A DNA stretch of 43,055 nucleotides from a virus (IMGVR_UViG_3300035685_000004:1-43055); one strand, 5' to 3'; shown: positions 1-8,587, numbered from the stretch's first letter. The notes: generated by a model from the sequence alone, not told the origin. A program made the numbers and translations.

Positions 1-127
1 GGGACGAGGCCGGGGCTGACGACGGGGAGCAGTCCCGTCGCTGCGGCCGGTGCGGTCTCACCCACGCCAACGCCCATGGCTGAGACGGCCCGAAGGAAAT
101 CGGCCAGCGTCATCTCCTGGCCCGATG
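1..127. repeat. Terminal direct repeat, left copy (circular-assembly overlap)
   Basis: 1-127 is identical to 42929-43055, and an ORF reads through the junction. Confidence 0.95.
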
Positions 128-554
128 GCAGCTTGCGCGGCTCCTGGAAGCCCGTGCCCTTCCAGGCGTGGAAGGCGAGGTAGCCCCGGTTGGTGGAGGT
201 GCAGCGGTTGACGTTGTCCAGGCGCTTGAGTACGCGCTCCATCAACTCCGGGGTGACGTCGCCCTGGGGCGCCCCGGTAATCTTCGTCCCGTCCTTCGCC
301 TCGGGGATGAAGTGCTTCAGCGCCTCTTGGAGGAAGCACTGGCGCTCATGCTCCTCAAGCTGGGCGCGGAGCGTCGCCTCCAGTTTGTCGAGCAGGTCCT
401 TCGCCCGGTTGTAGGACTGGACCCAGACGCCGCGCCCCAATTCCCGGATGCCGATGAAGTCGCTGGTGATGCGGCCGGGGATGTTGACGATGGGCGGGGT
501 GGCGCGGGCGGTTGAGCACAGCAGCGCAAGCAGGACGGGGATGAATCGACTCAT
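1..554 (-). CDS. Predicted secreted protein of about 199 aa spanning the circular junction (continues 42928 to 42883)
   Basis: Hand translation from ATG at 554 with GGAGG upstream gives MSRFIPVLLALLCSTARA-TPP (signal-peptide-like). The frame is open to position 1 and continues to TAG at 42883-42885. It is absent from the ORF track. Confidence 0.75.
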   Translation of the reverse strand, partial: MSRFIPVLLALLCSTARATPPIVNIPGRITSDFIGIRELGRGVWVQSYNRAKDLLDKLEATLRAQLEEHERQCFLQEALKHFIPEAKDGTKITGAPQGDVTPELMERVLKRLDNVNRCTSTNRGYLAFHAWKGTGFQEPRKLPSGQEMTLADFLRAVSAMGVGVGETAPAAATGLLPVVSPGLV

Positions 555-599
555 GAGACCTCCGGGGTGAACAGCAAAGGCAGGGTAGCAGCCGGGCGC

Positions 600-637
600 A
601 GAAACGCGAAGGGCGTCACCCTCGCGAGTGACGCCCC
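600..637 (-). terminator. Intrinsic terminator
   Basis: Stem GGGCGTCAC/GTGACGCCC followed by TTCGCGTTTCT on the minus strand. Confidence 0.7.
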
Positions 638-661
638 GGCAATGCGCGCGTGCGCGGCCGA

Positions 662-928
662 CTACCGCACGTTCTCGTAGACATCGAGAAGCATCATCAG
701 GCGGTTAGCCGCGTCCGCCACGTGCTTGCGCATCGACTCGTTGGAGCCCCCCGCCTCGAGGCAACGCTCAATCTGATCGAGGTTGGACTCCACGGCCTTG
801 AGATGCTCGCCCTCGTTCTGCTTGAGCCACCCGTCCCGGTCTCCACGATAGCGGTTCTTCTCCAACTGCGCTTCCATCAACTCCGCGAAGGCGAGGACAT
901 GCTTCGCGGTGGGGCTACTTTCGTTCAT
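662..928 (-). CDS. Small phage protein, possibly all-alpha NTP-pyrophosphatase (MazG-like) family
   Basis: FAELMEAQLEKN...GW...HVADAANRLMM resembles a common phage family with an ExADVAN-type motif, but the acidic motif is degenerate. Confidence 0.5.
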   Translation of the reverse strand: MNESSPTAKHVLAFAELMEAQLEKNRYRGDRDGWLKQNEGEHLKAVESNLDQIERCLEAGGSNESMRKHVADAANRLMMLLDVYENVR

Positions 929-998
929 AGCGAGTCCTTGGTAAACGCCGCACACGATTGGCGGCACGCGTACGGTAGGACCTTCTGAGCCAGAGGCA

Positions 999-1033
999 AG
1001 AAAGACGAAGGGCCCCGTTGCCGGAGCCCTCGC
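999..1033 (-). terminator. Intrinsic terminator, CTTCGTCTTT family
   Basis: GAGGGCTCC-GGCAAC-GGGGCCCTT followed by CGTCTTTCT. Confidence 0.75.
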
Positions 1034-1085
1034 CTACCCTTGCGCCGGGATTTCGTGGGTGCCCCGCGTCGGCGGAGCAATGCCG

Positions 1086-1376
1086 TTACGGGGTGCGCTC
1101 GTACACGGTGACCATCTTCTCCACGGGGCGCACCTCGTGACAGACGATGGTGTCCTTGGCGTACTGAAAGGGTGTCTCATCCTGCTGCTCGGTGGCGCCT
1201 CGGCTGTACTGCGTCACGTAGAACTTGCCGGTGCGCAGATCCTGAAACACCATCTCATGACGGATGGACCAGCGCCCCGTTCCCGTGATGCGGTCGGAGA
1301 TGCGCTTCAGCATCTCCGGATCGTCACTGTCGGCGAGGCTGATGAGGTCTCCCTTGTTGAACTCGGCCGTTGCCAT
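1086..1376 (-). CDS. Conserved-looking phage hypothetical protein (96 aa)
   Basis: AGGAG RBS; RWS...GKFY...YSRGATEQQDE...EVRPVEK...VYE pattern recalled from phage proteins. Confidence 0.75.
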   Translation of the reverse strand: MATAEFNKGDLISLADSDDPEMLKRISDRITGTGRWSIRHEMVFQDLRTGKFYVTQYSRGATEQQDETPFQYAKDTIVCHEVRPVEKMVTVYERTP

Positions 1377-1441
1377 GTTTGCTCCTGTGAGTGCCGGACC
1401 CATCCGGCACCACAAAGGTAGCACGCCCCTCCCGAGACGCC

Positions 1442-1472
1442 AGAAAGACGAAGGCCCGCCGAAGCGAGCCCC
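1442..1472 (-). terminator. Intrinsic terminator, CTTCGTCTTT family
   Basis: GGCTCGC-TTCG-GCGGGCC followed by TTCGTCTTTCT. Confidence 0.7.
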
Positions 1473-1521
1473 GTGGAGACAGCGACCGCGCACAGCCCCC
1501 TGGACGCGGCCGACGCGGAGA

Positions 1522-1782
1522 CTACCTCGACACATCGCGCCCCGCACGGAGCAACTCGGCCACCTGCGCCGCTGCCTTGTCGAGCACGTCCATTCCCTCC
1601 TTGGCCAGCGCGGCGAGGTGCTTCTCTTCGGGCGACAGGTCACCGTTCGCCACGAGCGAGCGCAACAGCGCGGTCTGGACACTCAGGAAGGCGTTGCGGA
1701 TGGCGAAGCGGGTGAAGAAGGCAGGCGTGATGCCCTCATTCCGGATGCTGTTGATGGCGGTGATGTCGTTGCGCTGGTTCAT
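1522..1782 (-). CDS. Hypothetical protein (86 aa)
   Basis: GGAGG RBS, coding-like codon pattern. Confidence 0.7.
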   Translation of the reverse strand: MNQRNDITAINSIRNEGITPAFFTRFAIRNAFLSVQTALLRSLVANGDLSPEEKHLAALAKEGMDVLDKAAAQVAELLRAGRDVSR

Positions 1783-1856
1783 GAGGCCCCTCCGAGGTGG
1801 TTCGTCACAGGAGTCTCACAGGCCGAGAGAAACGCAAGTCTGTGGCCGGGAGGCGT

Positions 1857-2255
1857 TCACGGAAGAACGGACATCGGCACGTCTGGCTGCTTGAGTTGTG
1901 GGGCGTAACACACGCCATTCCGAAGAAACGTGCCCGGCGCGCACGGCGGCTTCTTGCGGAGACCAACCCAGCATCCTCCGGACAGGAACCCCTCTGGATC
2001 CATGCACCTCTCGCGCCGTGTCTCCTGTCCCTCTAGCGGCTTCGAGGGAAGAGGCGTGTCTGGCAGCACCACGAGCGACGTGTTGCTGGTGGTGTCGGCC
2101 ACCCAGAACGCCGGCACGTGCTCCACGTAGACCGTGGTGAGCGGGATGGGCGGCGGCGGCGCGCCAGCCGTCGTACGGAGCAGGACGAGCATGAAGGTGG
2201 CGTTGATGAGATTGCGCAGCAGGTAGGCAGGGGGCGCTTCAGGCAGACGGGGCAT
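1857..2255 (-). CDS. Membrane-anchored Cys-rich protein resembling the C-terminal ectodomain of myxobacterial Ser/Thr kinases (no kinase domain)
   Basis: Hydrophobic segment, then PSKPLEGQ..C..GGCW..KPPC..GVCYAP..PMSVLP. Confidence 0.65.
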   Translation of the reverse strand: MPRLPEAPPAYLLRNLINATFMLVLLRTTAGAPPPPIPLTTVYVEHVPAFWVADTTSNTSLVVLPDTPLPSKPLEGQETRRERCMDPEGFLSGGCWVGLRKKPPCAPGTFLRNGVCYAPQLKQPDVPMSVLP

Positions 2256-2417
2256 GCGGCCACCGTACATGCAGCGCCCACCCGGGTCACGCATTCGGCC
2301 GAATCCACTTGCGCATTGGCGTCATGCGCTTGCGGATACGCGCCATGTGGCGTCGGGGTGACAGTGTTCCGCGGCTCGCGATTCGTGCGCGGCGACGCCC
2401 AGCGGTACGCTGTGGCC

Positions 2418-2888
2418 ATGCCCTTTCGCCTGCTGTCCCCCGTCTTGCTCCTCCTCGGCTGCTCTCCGCTTAATCACCACCATGGCTACGCGGCCGACGG
2501 CGACTGCGCTGGCAACATCGAGGTGAGTTTCTCGAACCACAGTCTCCGGGCCGTTGAACTCGACGTCCACCTCCACGTGGTGATGGAGGACGGACACCGC
2601 GCCGGCACAGAGTGGGAGGTGCCCGTGGTGCCTCCGGGCGAGCTGCTTGAGCAGGACGTGATTCTGGTGCCGGAGGGCAGCATCGTCACGCTGCACGTCG
2701 AAGCCACCCTCCCGAACACCAGCGACGGCGCCCGCGGGCGGATGGCTGCCGCACAGGACGTGACGCTGGTGGTGGAGCACGGGGAGACCCACTGCGATTT
2801 CGCGCTCGTGGAGAGCGCGGGTTCAAGCCCGGTCATCTCAGCGAAGTGCGAGCAGGCCTCGTTCCGGCTCCCGACGCCCATTCCCTGA
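2418..2888 (+). CDS. Lipoprotein A
   Basis: MPFRLLSPVLLLLGC lipobox; TACGCT -10-like hexamer just upstream suggests a leaderless transcript. Confidence 0.75.
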   Translation: MPFRLLSPVLLLLGCSPLNHHHGYAADGDCAGNIEVSFSNHSLRAVELDVHLHVVMEDGHRAGTEWEVPVVPPGELLEQDVILVPEGSIVTLHVEATLPNTSDGARGRMAAAQDVTLVVEHGETHCDFALVESAGSSPVISAKCEQASFRLPTPIP

Positions 2889-2915
2889 GTCCGCCACGCC
2901 GTGGTAGGCAGCGGC

Positions 2916-3296
2916 ATGCGCTCTCTTCTGCTCCTGCTTGTCGTTGTCCTCACGGCCTGTGGCTCGCCCGACGACATCCCCATCAGCATCGTGGTCCGCA
3001 ATGACACCGTGAGGGCGGTGGCCATTGGCGTCGAGATCATGCCCGAATGGGGAGCGCTGTATCGGCGGCACTGGCCCCGCGTCGACCCCGGCGCCTCCAT
3101 CCGCGTGGACGGCCTGACGACTGGCGTGGCGAAGGGCGAAATCCTTCTCCTCGCGCAGCTCGGCGACGGACCGCACCGCATCTTCCGCTTCAAGACTCGG
3201 CGCCCCGGGCCGTGGACGTGCATCGTGTGGCCGGTGCACGTGCTCACCCCGGGCGCGGAGTCCTGGGACATCAGCGCCGACTGCCGGCCGTCCTAG
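2916..3296 (+). CDS. Lipoprotein B, probable paralog of lipoprotein A
   Basis: MRSLLLLLVVVLTAC lipobox; shares N-x-[ST]-x-RAV, VxPG and ISAxC motifs with A. Confidence 0.75.
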   Translation: MRSLLLLLVVVLTACGSPDDIPISIVVRNDTVRAVAIGVEIMPEWGALYRRHWPRVDPGASIRVDGLTTGVAKGEILLLAQLGDGPHRIFRFKTRRPGPWTCIVWPVHVLTPGAESWDISADCRPS

Positions 3297-3757
3297 GGCG
3301 CCACGCTGGTGGGTGGACGCTTCGCCTGTCGCACCGGCACGTGGCATTTGCCGGCGTGGGCGTAGTAGATGCCGCAATTGTCCGGCCCCACCTCGCCCTC
3401 GATGACGAGCCAGCACCCACCGTTGATTTCCTTCTCGCGCGGCGGTGTACAGGGGGGACGCTTCTGTCCCTCGAAAGGCTTGGATGGAAGGTTGCGCGCG
3501 ACGACACCGGCGTCCTCCTCCAGCCCGTCCGTCGCCCACGTTTCGGGCGGGGCCTCTTCGAGAACCGGGGCGGGTTGCATGTCCGCCTGGATGGCTCGCG
3601 CGCAGCTCAGCGTGATGGCGGCACACCCGAAGGCGCCGAGCGCCAACCCGCCCCACACTGCGCGCTGGAACCGCTTCCGCCGTGCCTCGCTGCTCAACTC
3701 CGCTTCCACCGCCCGCGCCCACCTCTCCGTCTTCTCCTGCTGCTCCTGCTCCGTCAT
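3293..3757 (-). CDS. Second kinase-less Ser/Thr-kinase-type Cys-rich ectodomain protein with a TM helix
   Basis: TM segment AVWGGLALGAFGCAAITL, then PSKPFEGQKRPPC..EINGGCW..C..GKCHVP..RPPTSVAP. Confidence 0.7.
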   Translation of the reverse strand: MTEQEQQEKTERWARAVEAELSSEARRKRFQRAVWGGLALGAFGCAAITLSCARAIQADMQPAPVLEEAPPETWATDGLEEDAGVVARNLPSKPFEGQKRPPCTPPREKEINGGCWLVIEGEVGPDNCGIYYAHAGKCHVPVRQAKRPPTSVAP

Positions 3758-3887
3758 GTGCCGCCCCCGCTTGGGTGAGGCGCCACCCTCGCGCACCATG
3801 TCTCGGCGCGGTATCGGGCGGGTGGCGGATTCGTCACGGACCCATCCGGGTATGCCGGGACACCGGCCGTGTGCTAAGCGGACGGCC

Positions 3888-4571
3888 ATGACCAGAACCC
3901 TCCTCGCCTTCCTCCTGCTGTTCTCCCTCTCGGCCAACGCCCAGTCCGTGGCCCCTCCGGCGCGCCCGCCGCTGGTGCGCCCGGTCGTCAACGAGCCCTA
4001 CTTCCCGACTCCGGGCGCCACGCCCGAGGGCGCAGGCGCGTCGCACGGCAGCATCCCTGGAGCCACCACCCCGCCCCGAGCCAAGGTGCCGCCCTCGCCC
4101 AACAAGCGCATCCTGCCGGCGTCCACCGAACCCGGGCTGTGGGCTGCGGATGGGGCGCCGAGGGCTTCCAGGAGCGCGCCGCCCGCGCTCTTCGGCGTGA
4201 CGCTCCCCTATCCGGCATGGGCGACCGAGCCCGAAACCCAGTGGAGCACTGACATGTGCATCGTGGGTATGCACAACTCGGCGGTCACCACCGGGATGTA
4301 CAACACGATCATCAAGAAACCGGAGTCGATCCGCGCCTGCATGGCCGCCCGCGCCTACTTGCTCTGCGCGATGGGCATCGCCAACAAGGCGGCTCCCGAC
4401 TCGCAGGAACAGGCGCTCCTGAGGAACACGGAGGCGCACGCCCAGGCGCTGGTGGACCTGCTTTGCGCGGGCGCGGGATGGACGGATGACCACGCACACG
4501 TTCTACTGCAAGCCAGCAAGGACTGGATCAAGTACGTCAACCAGTTCGCCACTGCTCATCGGCGCCACTAA
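3888..4571 (+). CDS. Secreted protein with a Pro-rich N-region and a Cys-containing helical C-domain
   Basis: Signal peptide MTRTLLAFLLLFSLSANA-Q. Confidence 0.75.
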   Translation: MTRTLLAFLLLFSLSANAQSVAPPARPPLVRPVVNEPYFPTPGATPEGAGASHGSIPGATTPPRAKVPPSPNKRILPASTEPGLWAADGAPRASRSAPPALFGVTLPYPAWATEPETQWSTDMCIVGMHNSAVTTGMYNTIIKKPESIRACMAARAYLLCAMGIANKAAPDSQEQALLRNTEAHAQALVDLLCAGAGWTDDHAHVLLQASKDWIKYVNQFATAHRRH

Positions 4572-4586
4572 CCCAGGAGAGAGCGC

Positions 4587-4778
4587 ATGCCTCAGTCCGG
4601 AACTCCGAAGCCCAACTTATCCTACCTGCTCGGCACCACCGACGAGGGAGTTCTGGCAGAGGCCGAGCGTGTGTGGGCTGGGTGGGTCTCGGCTCCGTCG
4701 GGATCCCTCGATGTCGGTGGTCTCCGCGCCGCCTTCTCGGGCACCACGGCGCTCCCTCCGCCCGAGGACAAGCCATGA
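4587..4778 (+). CDS. Hypothetical protein (63 aa)
   Basis: GGAG RBS; ATGA overlap with the next gene. Confidence 0.55.
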   Translation: MPQSGTPKPNLSYLLGTTDEGVLAEAERVWAGWVSAPSGSLDVGGLRAAFSGTTALPPPEDKP

Positions 4779-5011
4779 GCAACGACCGAGACGACATTGC
4801 CGCCGCCCTGCACCGCCTGGGAGAGGACTCCTACGACGCGTCCGCCGAAACCCGGAGGATGAGCGAGGAGGTCCGAGGCGCGACCGAGCGCGTGTCTGGA
4901 ATCTCCCAGTGGTGGCGAGCGGAAGTCGCCCGCTTCGATGCTCTCGCTGAGGTGGCCGAGCCCGTGGAACCCGTCGGCCTCTTTGGTCCGTTGCCCATGG
5001 CCACGGCCTGA
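4775..5011 (+). CDS. Hypothetical protein (78 aa)
   Basis: GAGG RBS; translationally coupled start. Confidence 0.6.
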   Translation: MSNDRDDIAAALHRLGEDSYDASAETRRMSEEVRGATERVSGISQWWRAEVARFDALAEVAEPVEPVGLFGPLPMATA

Positions 5012-5126
5012 ACGATGGGTCGTCCCAGACCCACCGTATTCGGGAGGATGTTGCAACCGCATGGCATTATGGCACAAGCGCTCCACCGTGACGGGAATCA
5101 ACCCGCCACGTCACACCGGAGTCGCC

Positions 5127-5462
5127 GTGTCCTCTCGCCTCATCCTGCTCGTCCTGGGTCTCGTCATCGCCCCGTTGCTCGCGGGGTGCGGGGACCTTCC
5201 CCCGGCGCCCACGCCGCAGCCGACCGACGGTGGGGGCGGCGGGCGGTATGACGACGAACCCTGCCACCCGGGACGCTTCGTAGGCGAGTCGCTCGCCACC
5301 TCGGAAAAGGAGATGGTCGAGTGCTACGGCCGATGGCTCATCAGGACGCCGACCGAAGTTGTTTTCTGCCCCAGCGCGCCGAATTCCTGGGCATGTCCGG
5401 TCCCCGCACTCCAGTTCGTGGTGGACCGTGAGTTGATTGTTGGATGGTCAGGTACGCACTGA
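5127..5462 (+). CDS. Lipoprotein C, convergent with the receptor-binding gene
   Basis: GTG start with GGAG RBS; LLVLGLVIAPLLAGC lipobox; four further Cys. Confidence 0.7.
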   Translation: MSSRLILLVLGLVIAPLLAGCGDLPPAPTPQPTDGGGGGRYDDEPCHPGRFVGESLATSEKEMVECYGRWLIRTPTEVVFCPSAPNSWACPVPALQFVVDRELIVGWSGTH

Positions 5463-5467
5463 CGGCA

Positions 5468-7807
5468 CTACAGGGGCAGCGACACGCCATCCAGAGGGAG
5501 TTCTGCCCCCGCTGAGACCGACTGGACACGCACCCTCCCGTCAACATCAACATCCAGAAACGTAGTACCTCCGGTACTGGCGATGCGTACCGCTCGTCGC
5601 TCCTTGGGCCTGTAGCCCTCCGGAAGAATAAGCATGTTGGCATAGCCAGCCGGCGCTGGGGTTGGGGCCACGGCGAGTCCCTTGAACTCCAGGTTTCCAA
5701 GACTGTTGATACGGAAGCCGCAAGCGAACCCCGGCGCATTGGCCCACCCGGACAGGAAACTGGTGAATGGCCCCACGAGTTTCCATCCCATTTGGGATAG
5801 CACAGCGCGACCAAATTCCATGCTGTCGATGTAGATGTCCTGTGCGTTTGATGCTTCCGCCCGGACGTATGCGTTGGCATATCGCGCGTCCGCAGGAGCC
5901 GTTCCAATGACCTCGTAATCAACCCACGCACCATTGGTCCCAGTCAATCCATGGAACGGGCCACCCACCAAGACCGCTCCTGCCGAATTAAAGAATTGAA
6001 TCGCTACCGACGCATCGCTGACTGCTGTTCCGGCGATACGAACCGCGATGCGTGCAGCGTATGAGACCCCGCCGCGTACGGACATCAGACCGCAGACTAC
6101 CGCTGCCGTTCGTCCCGCTAGGACTCGAAGCCCCCTGCCTCCCGAGTAACTGTCTGTGGTTTCCAGCACGTCGGCCCCCCACGAACCCACCTCGACGGCC
6201 CACATGTCTGGAGGCGCCCCCGAGACGCTGAGGGCCTCAAAGTCGGCGTTTGGCGGGTTCGTGCCGTAGGCGACTTTGGGTTGGAACGATCGCACCTCGA
6301 CGTAGCGAGGCGTGAACGATGCCTCGGAAGACACGGAGCGGTTGCCCGCCTTGTCGATAGAGACGACCTTGGCGTAGTGGGTGGTGCCCGGGGTGAGGCC
6401 CGTGGGTTCGAACTTCGAGACGTTGCCCCGCACTCGGAAGGTGCTCGACGTCGCGGCGAACCCGGGCGAGGTGCTCAGGTGCAACTCGTACTCCACCGGC
6501 AGGGGCGGCACAGCGGGCGGAGCGAAGGAGATGACGCCGCCCCCCGATGTGCCCGTGGCCGTCAGCGCGGAGACGGCGTCCGGCGCCGAGGCAGTAGGCT
6601 GCCGGGTGACTCGCCCGTCGCGCATGAGCCACTCGTCGTTCGCGCCCACGGGCTTGCCGCGCAGCTGCAACGTCGTGCTGCCGCCACGGGCGTCGATGCG
6701 GTGGGAGAGGGCCACCACGGCGAGCGTCTGCGCGGAAGAGAAGTGGTCCTCATCGGCGGGGAACGTCACCATGTCGCCGAGCTGGAGATCGTAGCGGTGC
6801 CACACCGTCACGCCCATCTCCAGCAGCGGGTCCTTCAGGTCGTCCCGCGCCGCATCCGCCATCGTCTGCGCCTCGCCCGCGCTGTCGATGGGGCTGTCCT
6901 CATCCTCGGCGAGGCGCATCACGGAGCGCCCGTAGGTGGCAATGGAGGCGGCGTCTGTCGCCGTGACGTAGGACAGGGTCGGCTTGCCGCTCGCGTCCAG
7001 CACGGAGCGGTTGTAGTACGACAGACTCACCACGTTGCGCACGTCGTGCACCGACTGCGACAGCCGAGTCACCTTCTTGATGTCCTTCGGCTGGAAGGTC
7101 CACAGCGAGGTGCTGGCGGTGCGGTTCGGCTTGATGAGGGTGAAACGGAAGGCGCCCGTGCCGCTGTCCCACAGGTAGCGCACGTCCCATCCAATCCTCA
7201 GCACCAGTTCGCGGATGGCGCTGAGCACCGGCCCCTTCTTCTGCTTGAAGCGCCCGAAGACGGCACCCGTGGCCACCGGCACGTAGAGCGTCACGCCCGT
7301 GGCGTTGTCGGTGAGAATGGACTGGAGCACCGTCTCCACCGGCACGCCGGCGTCGCTGCCGTACCCGCGCTCCACCTCAATCTCAGCGCGCACCAGCGCC
7401 CCGGCCAAGTCCCGGCCGGTGAAGGAGATAGGGTCGTTCTCGAGGGACAACTCGTCAATCCGCCCCCGGAACACTTCCCGCCAGTCGCCCGCCGTGGCCG
7501 CGTCCCCGAGAGGCACCGTGGCCGTCTCGATGTAGAAGGGGCGATTGAGGGCCAGCGCCCCCGTCATCTTGTTGGACACCAGCGGGTTGAGGGACAGGTC
7601 CTCCAACCGGCGCCGCACCTGCACCGTCGCCTGGGCCACCCCGTCGTTTATGCTCTCGTCCCAGTCCACGGAGACGAGCCAGTCCCGGTCCTCGAGGGCC
7701 GTCACGTTCTGAAACGCCGCACCGTCCCAGAGCCACACCCGGACGTGCACGCTGTAGCCGTCTGGGGCTTGGAGAACGGCGGCCTCCTGCGCCGAAAGGG
7801 TTCGCAT
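5468..7807 (-). CDS. Tail tip/central fibre protein: hub (Tal-like) + fibronectin-III + carbohydrate-binding-like + C-terminal fibre domain
   Basis: Last gene after tape measure and Dit. FN3-like P..V..L...Y....LTPGTTHYAKVVSIDKAGNRS; CBM-like NADFE...W...SYSGGRGL; C-terminal LPEGYRP motif. Confidence 0.8.
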   Translation of the reverse strand: MRTLSAQEAAVLQAPDGYSVHVRVWLWDGAAFQNVTALEDRDWLVSVDWDESINDGVAQATVQVRRRLEDLSLNPLVSNKMTGALALNRPFYIETATVPLGDAATAGDWREVFRGRIDELSLENDPISFTGRDLAGALVRAEIEVERGYGSDAGVPVETVLQSILTDNATGVTLYVPVATGAVFGRFKQKKGPVLSAIRELVLRIGWDVRYLWDSGTGAFRFTLIKPNRTASTSLWTFQPKDIKKVTRLSQSVHDVRNVVSLSYYNRSVLDASGKPTLSYVTATDAASIATYGRSVMRLAEDEDSPIDSAGEAQTMADAARDDLKDPLLEMGVTVWHRYDLQLGDMVTFPADEDHFSSAQTLAVVALSHRIDARGGSTTLQLRGKPVGANDEWLMRDGRVTRQPTASAPDAVSALTATGTSGGGVISFAPPAVPPLPVEYELHLSTSPGFAATSSTFRVRGNVSKFEPTGLTPGTTHYAKVVSIDKAGNRSVSSEASFTPRYVEVRSFQPKVAYGTNPPNADFEALSVSGAPPDMWAVEVGSWGADVLETTDSYSGGRGLRVLAGRTAAVVCGLMSVRGGVSYAARIAVRIAGTAVSDASVAIQFFNSAGAVLVGGPFHGLTGTNGAWVDYEVIGTAPADARYANAYVRAEASNAQDIYIDSMEFGRAVLSQMGWKLVGPFTSFLSGWANAPGFACGFRINSLGNLEFKGLAVAPTPAPAGYANMLILPEGYRPKERRAVRIASTGGTTFLDVDVDGRVRVQSVSAGAELPLDGVSLPL

Positions 7808-7808
7808 G

Positions 7809-8585
7809 TCAGATCTCTCGTAGGTTGAATTCCAGCACATACCCAGTGGTGAGCACGCCGTTGAGGACGCAGCGCACGGCGCGGCTATCCGTCACCCGGC
7901 CGCGCCAGGTGGATGAGGCGCCTCCGAAGTCTCCGGCCGCGTGAATGCGCGGTAGCGCGGTCCAGGCCGTCGCGGCGTGCCGAGCGTACAAAAGGGGCGC
8001 CCATGCACTCGGCACGGCGTACGGCAGCGCCACGAGGTCATCAAAGTCGGTGAGCCCAGAGAGGCCCGAGAGGGTGACCGAGCCGCCCGTGACGGCGATG
8101 CCGAGCGGGTTGCCCACGAAGAAGTTTCCGTTCTCCCAGCGAAAGCCGTCGCTGCGCACCACGTAGTGTTTCCACACCCCGGACTCCTTGCGCCACACCA
8201 GAAGCGTCCAGGCGAGGGGGAGGAACTGCGTGGCCCAGGATATGGACGCCCCCACCGAGAGGCGCAGCAGCGACGCGCCCCACACCGCACCGCCAGAGAC
8301 GAGCGTCCCTGTGCCAGAGGCCACGGCGCGCCCGCGCTTGCTGTGCAGTTCCGAGTCAAACGCCCACGTGTGGCCCTTGCCCTCGATGAGCCCCACCCAG
8401 GCGTCCAATTCCGAGGCCGGAAGCGGAATGGTGGTCATGCTCCACTCCCGCTTGGTGGTGTTGGGGCCGCCAGCCAGTACGCCCGCTGGGCTGCGCTCGG
8501 CCTCGCTCCCAACAGCCGCGTGCGCGAGGGACACGCCGTCGGCAGACACAGGCACCGTCACGCCATTGAGAACCAGGAAGGCCAT
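7809..8585 (-). CDS. Distal tail (Dit-like) protein
   Basis: Position directly after the tape measure gene; KREWSMT and terminal LEFNLREI motifs. Confidence 0.6.
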   Translation of the reverse strand: MAFLVLNGVTVPVSADGVSLAHAAVGSEAERSPAGVLAGGPNTTKREWSMTTIPLPASELDAWVGLIEGKGHTWAFDSELHSKRGRAVASGTGTLVSGGAVWGASLLRLSVGASISWATQFLPLAWTLLVWRKESGVWKHYVVRSDGFRWENGNFFVGNPLGIAVTGGSVTLSGLSGLTDFDDLVALPYAVPSAWAPLLYARHAATAWTALPRIHAAGDFGGASSTWRGRVTDSRAVRCVLNGVLTTGYVLEFNLREI

Positions 8586-8587
8586 GG

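Noticed and set aside
1-127. Biological direct terminal repeat
   Set aside because: The 127-nt length matches a common assembler k-mer, it lies inside a gene, and the HNH/TerS/TerL set points to cos-type ends.
6281-7828. 515-aa plus-strand ORF
   Set aside because: Antisense shadow of the tail-tip gene in GC-rich DNA, with no motifs.
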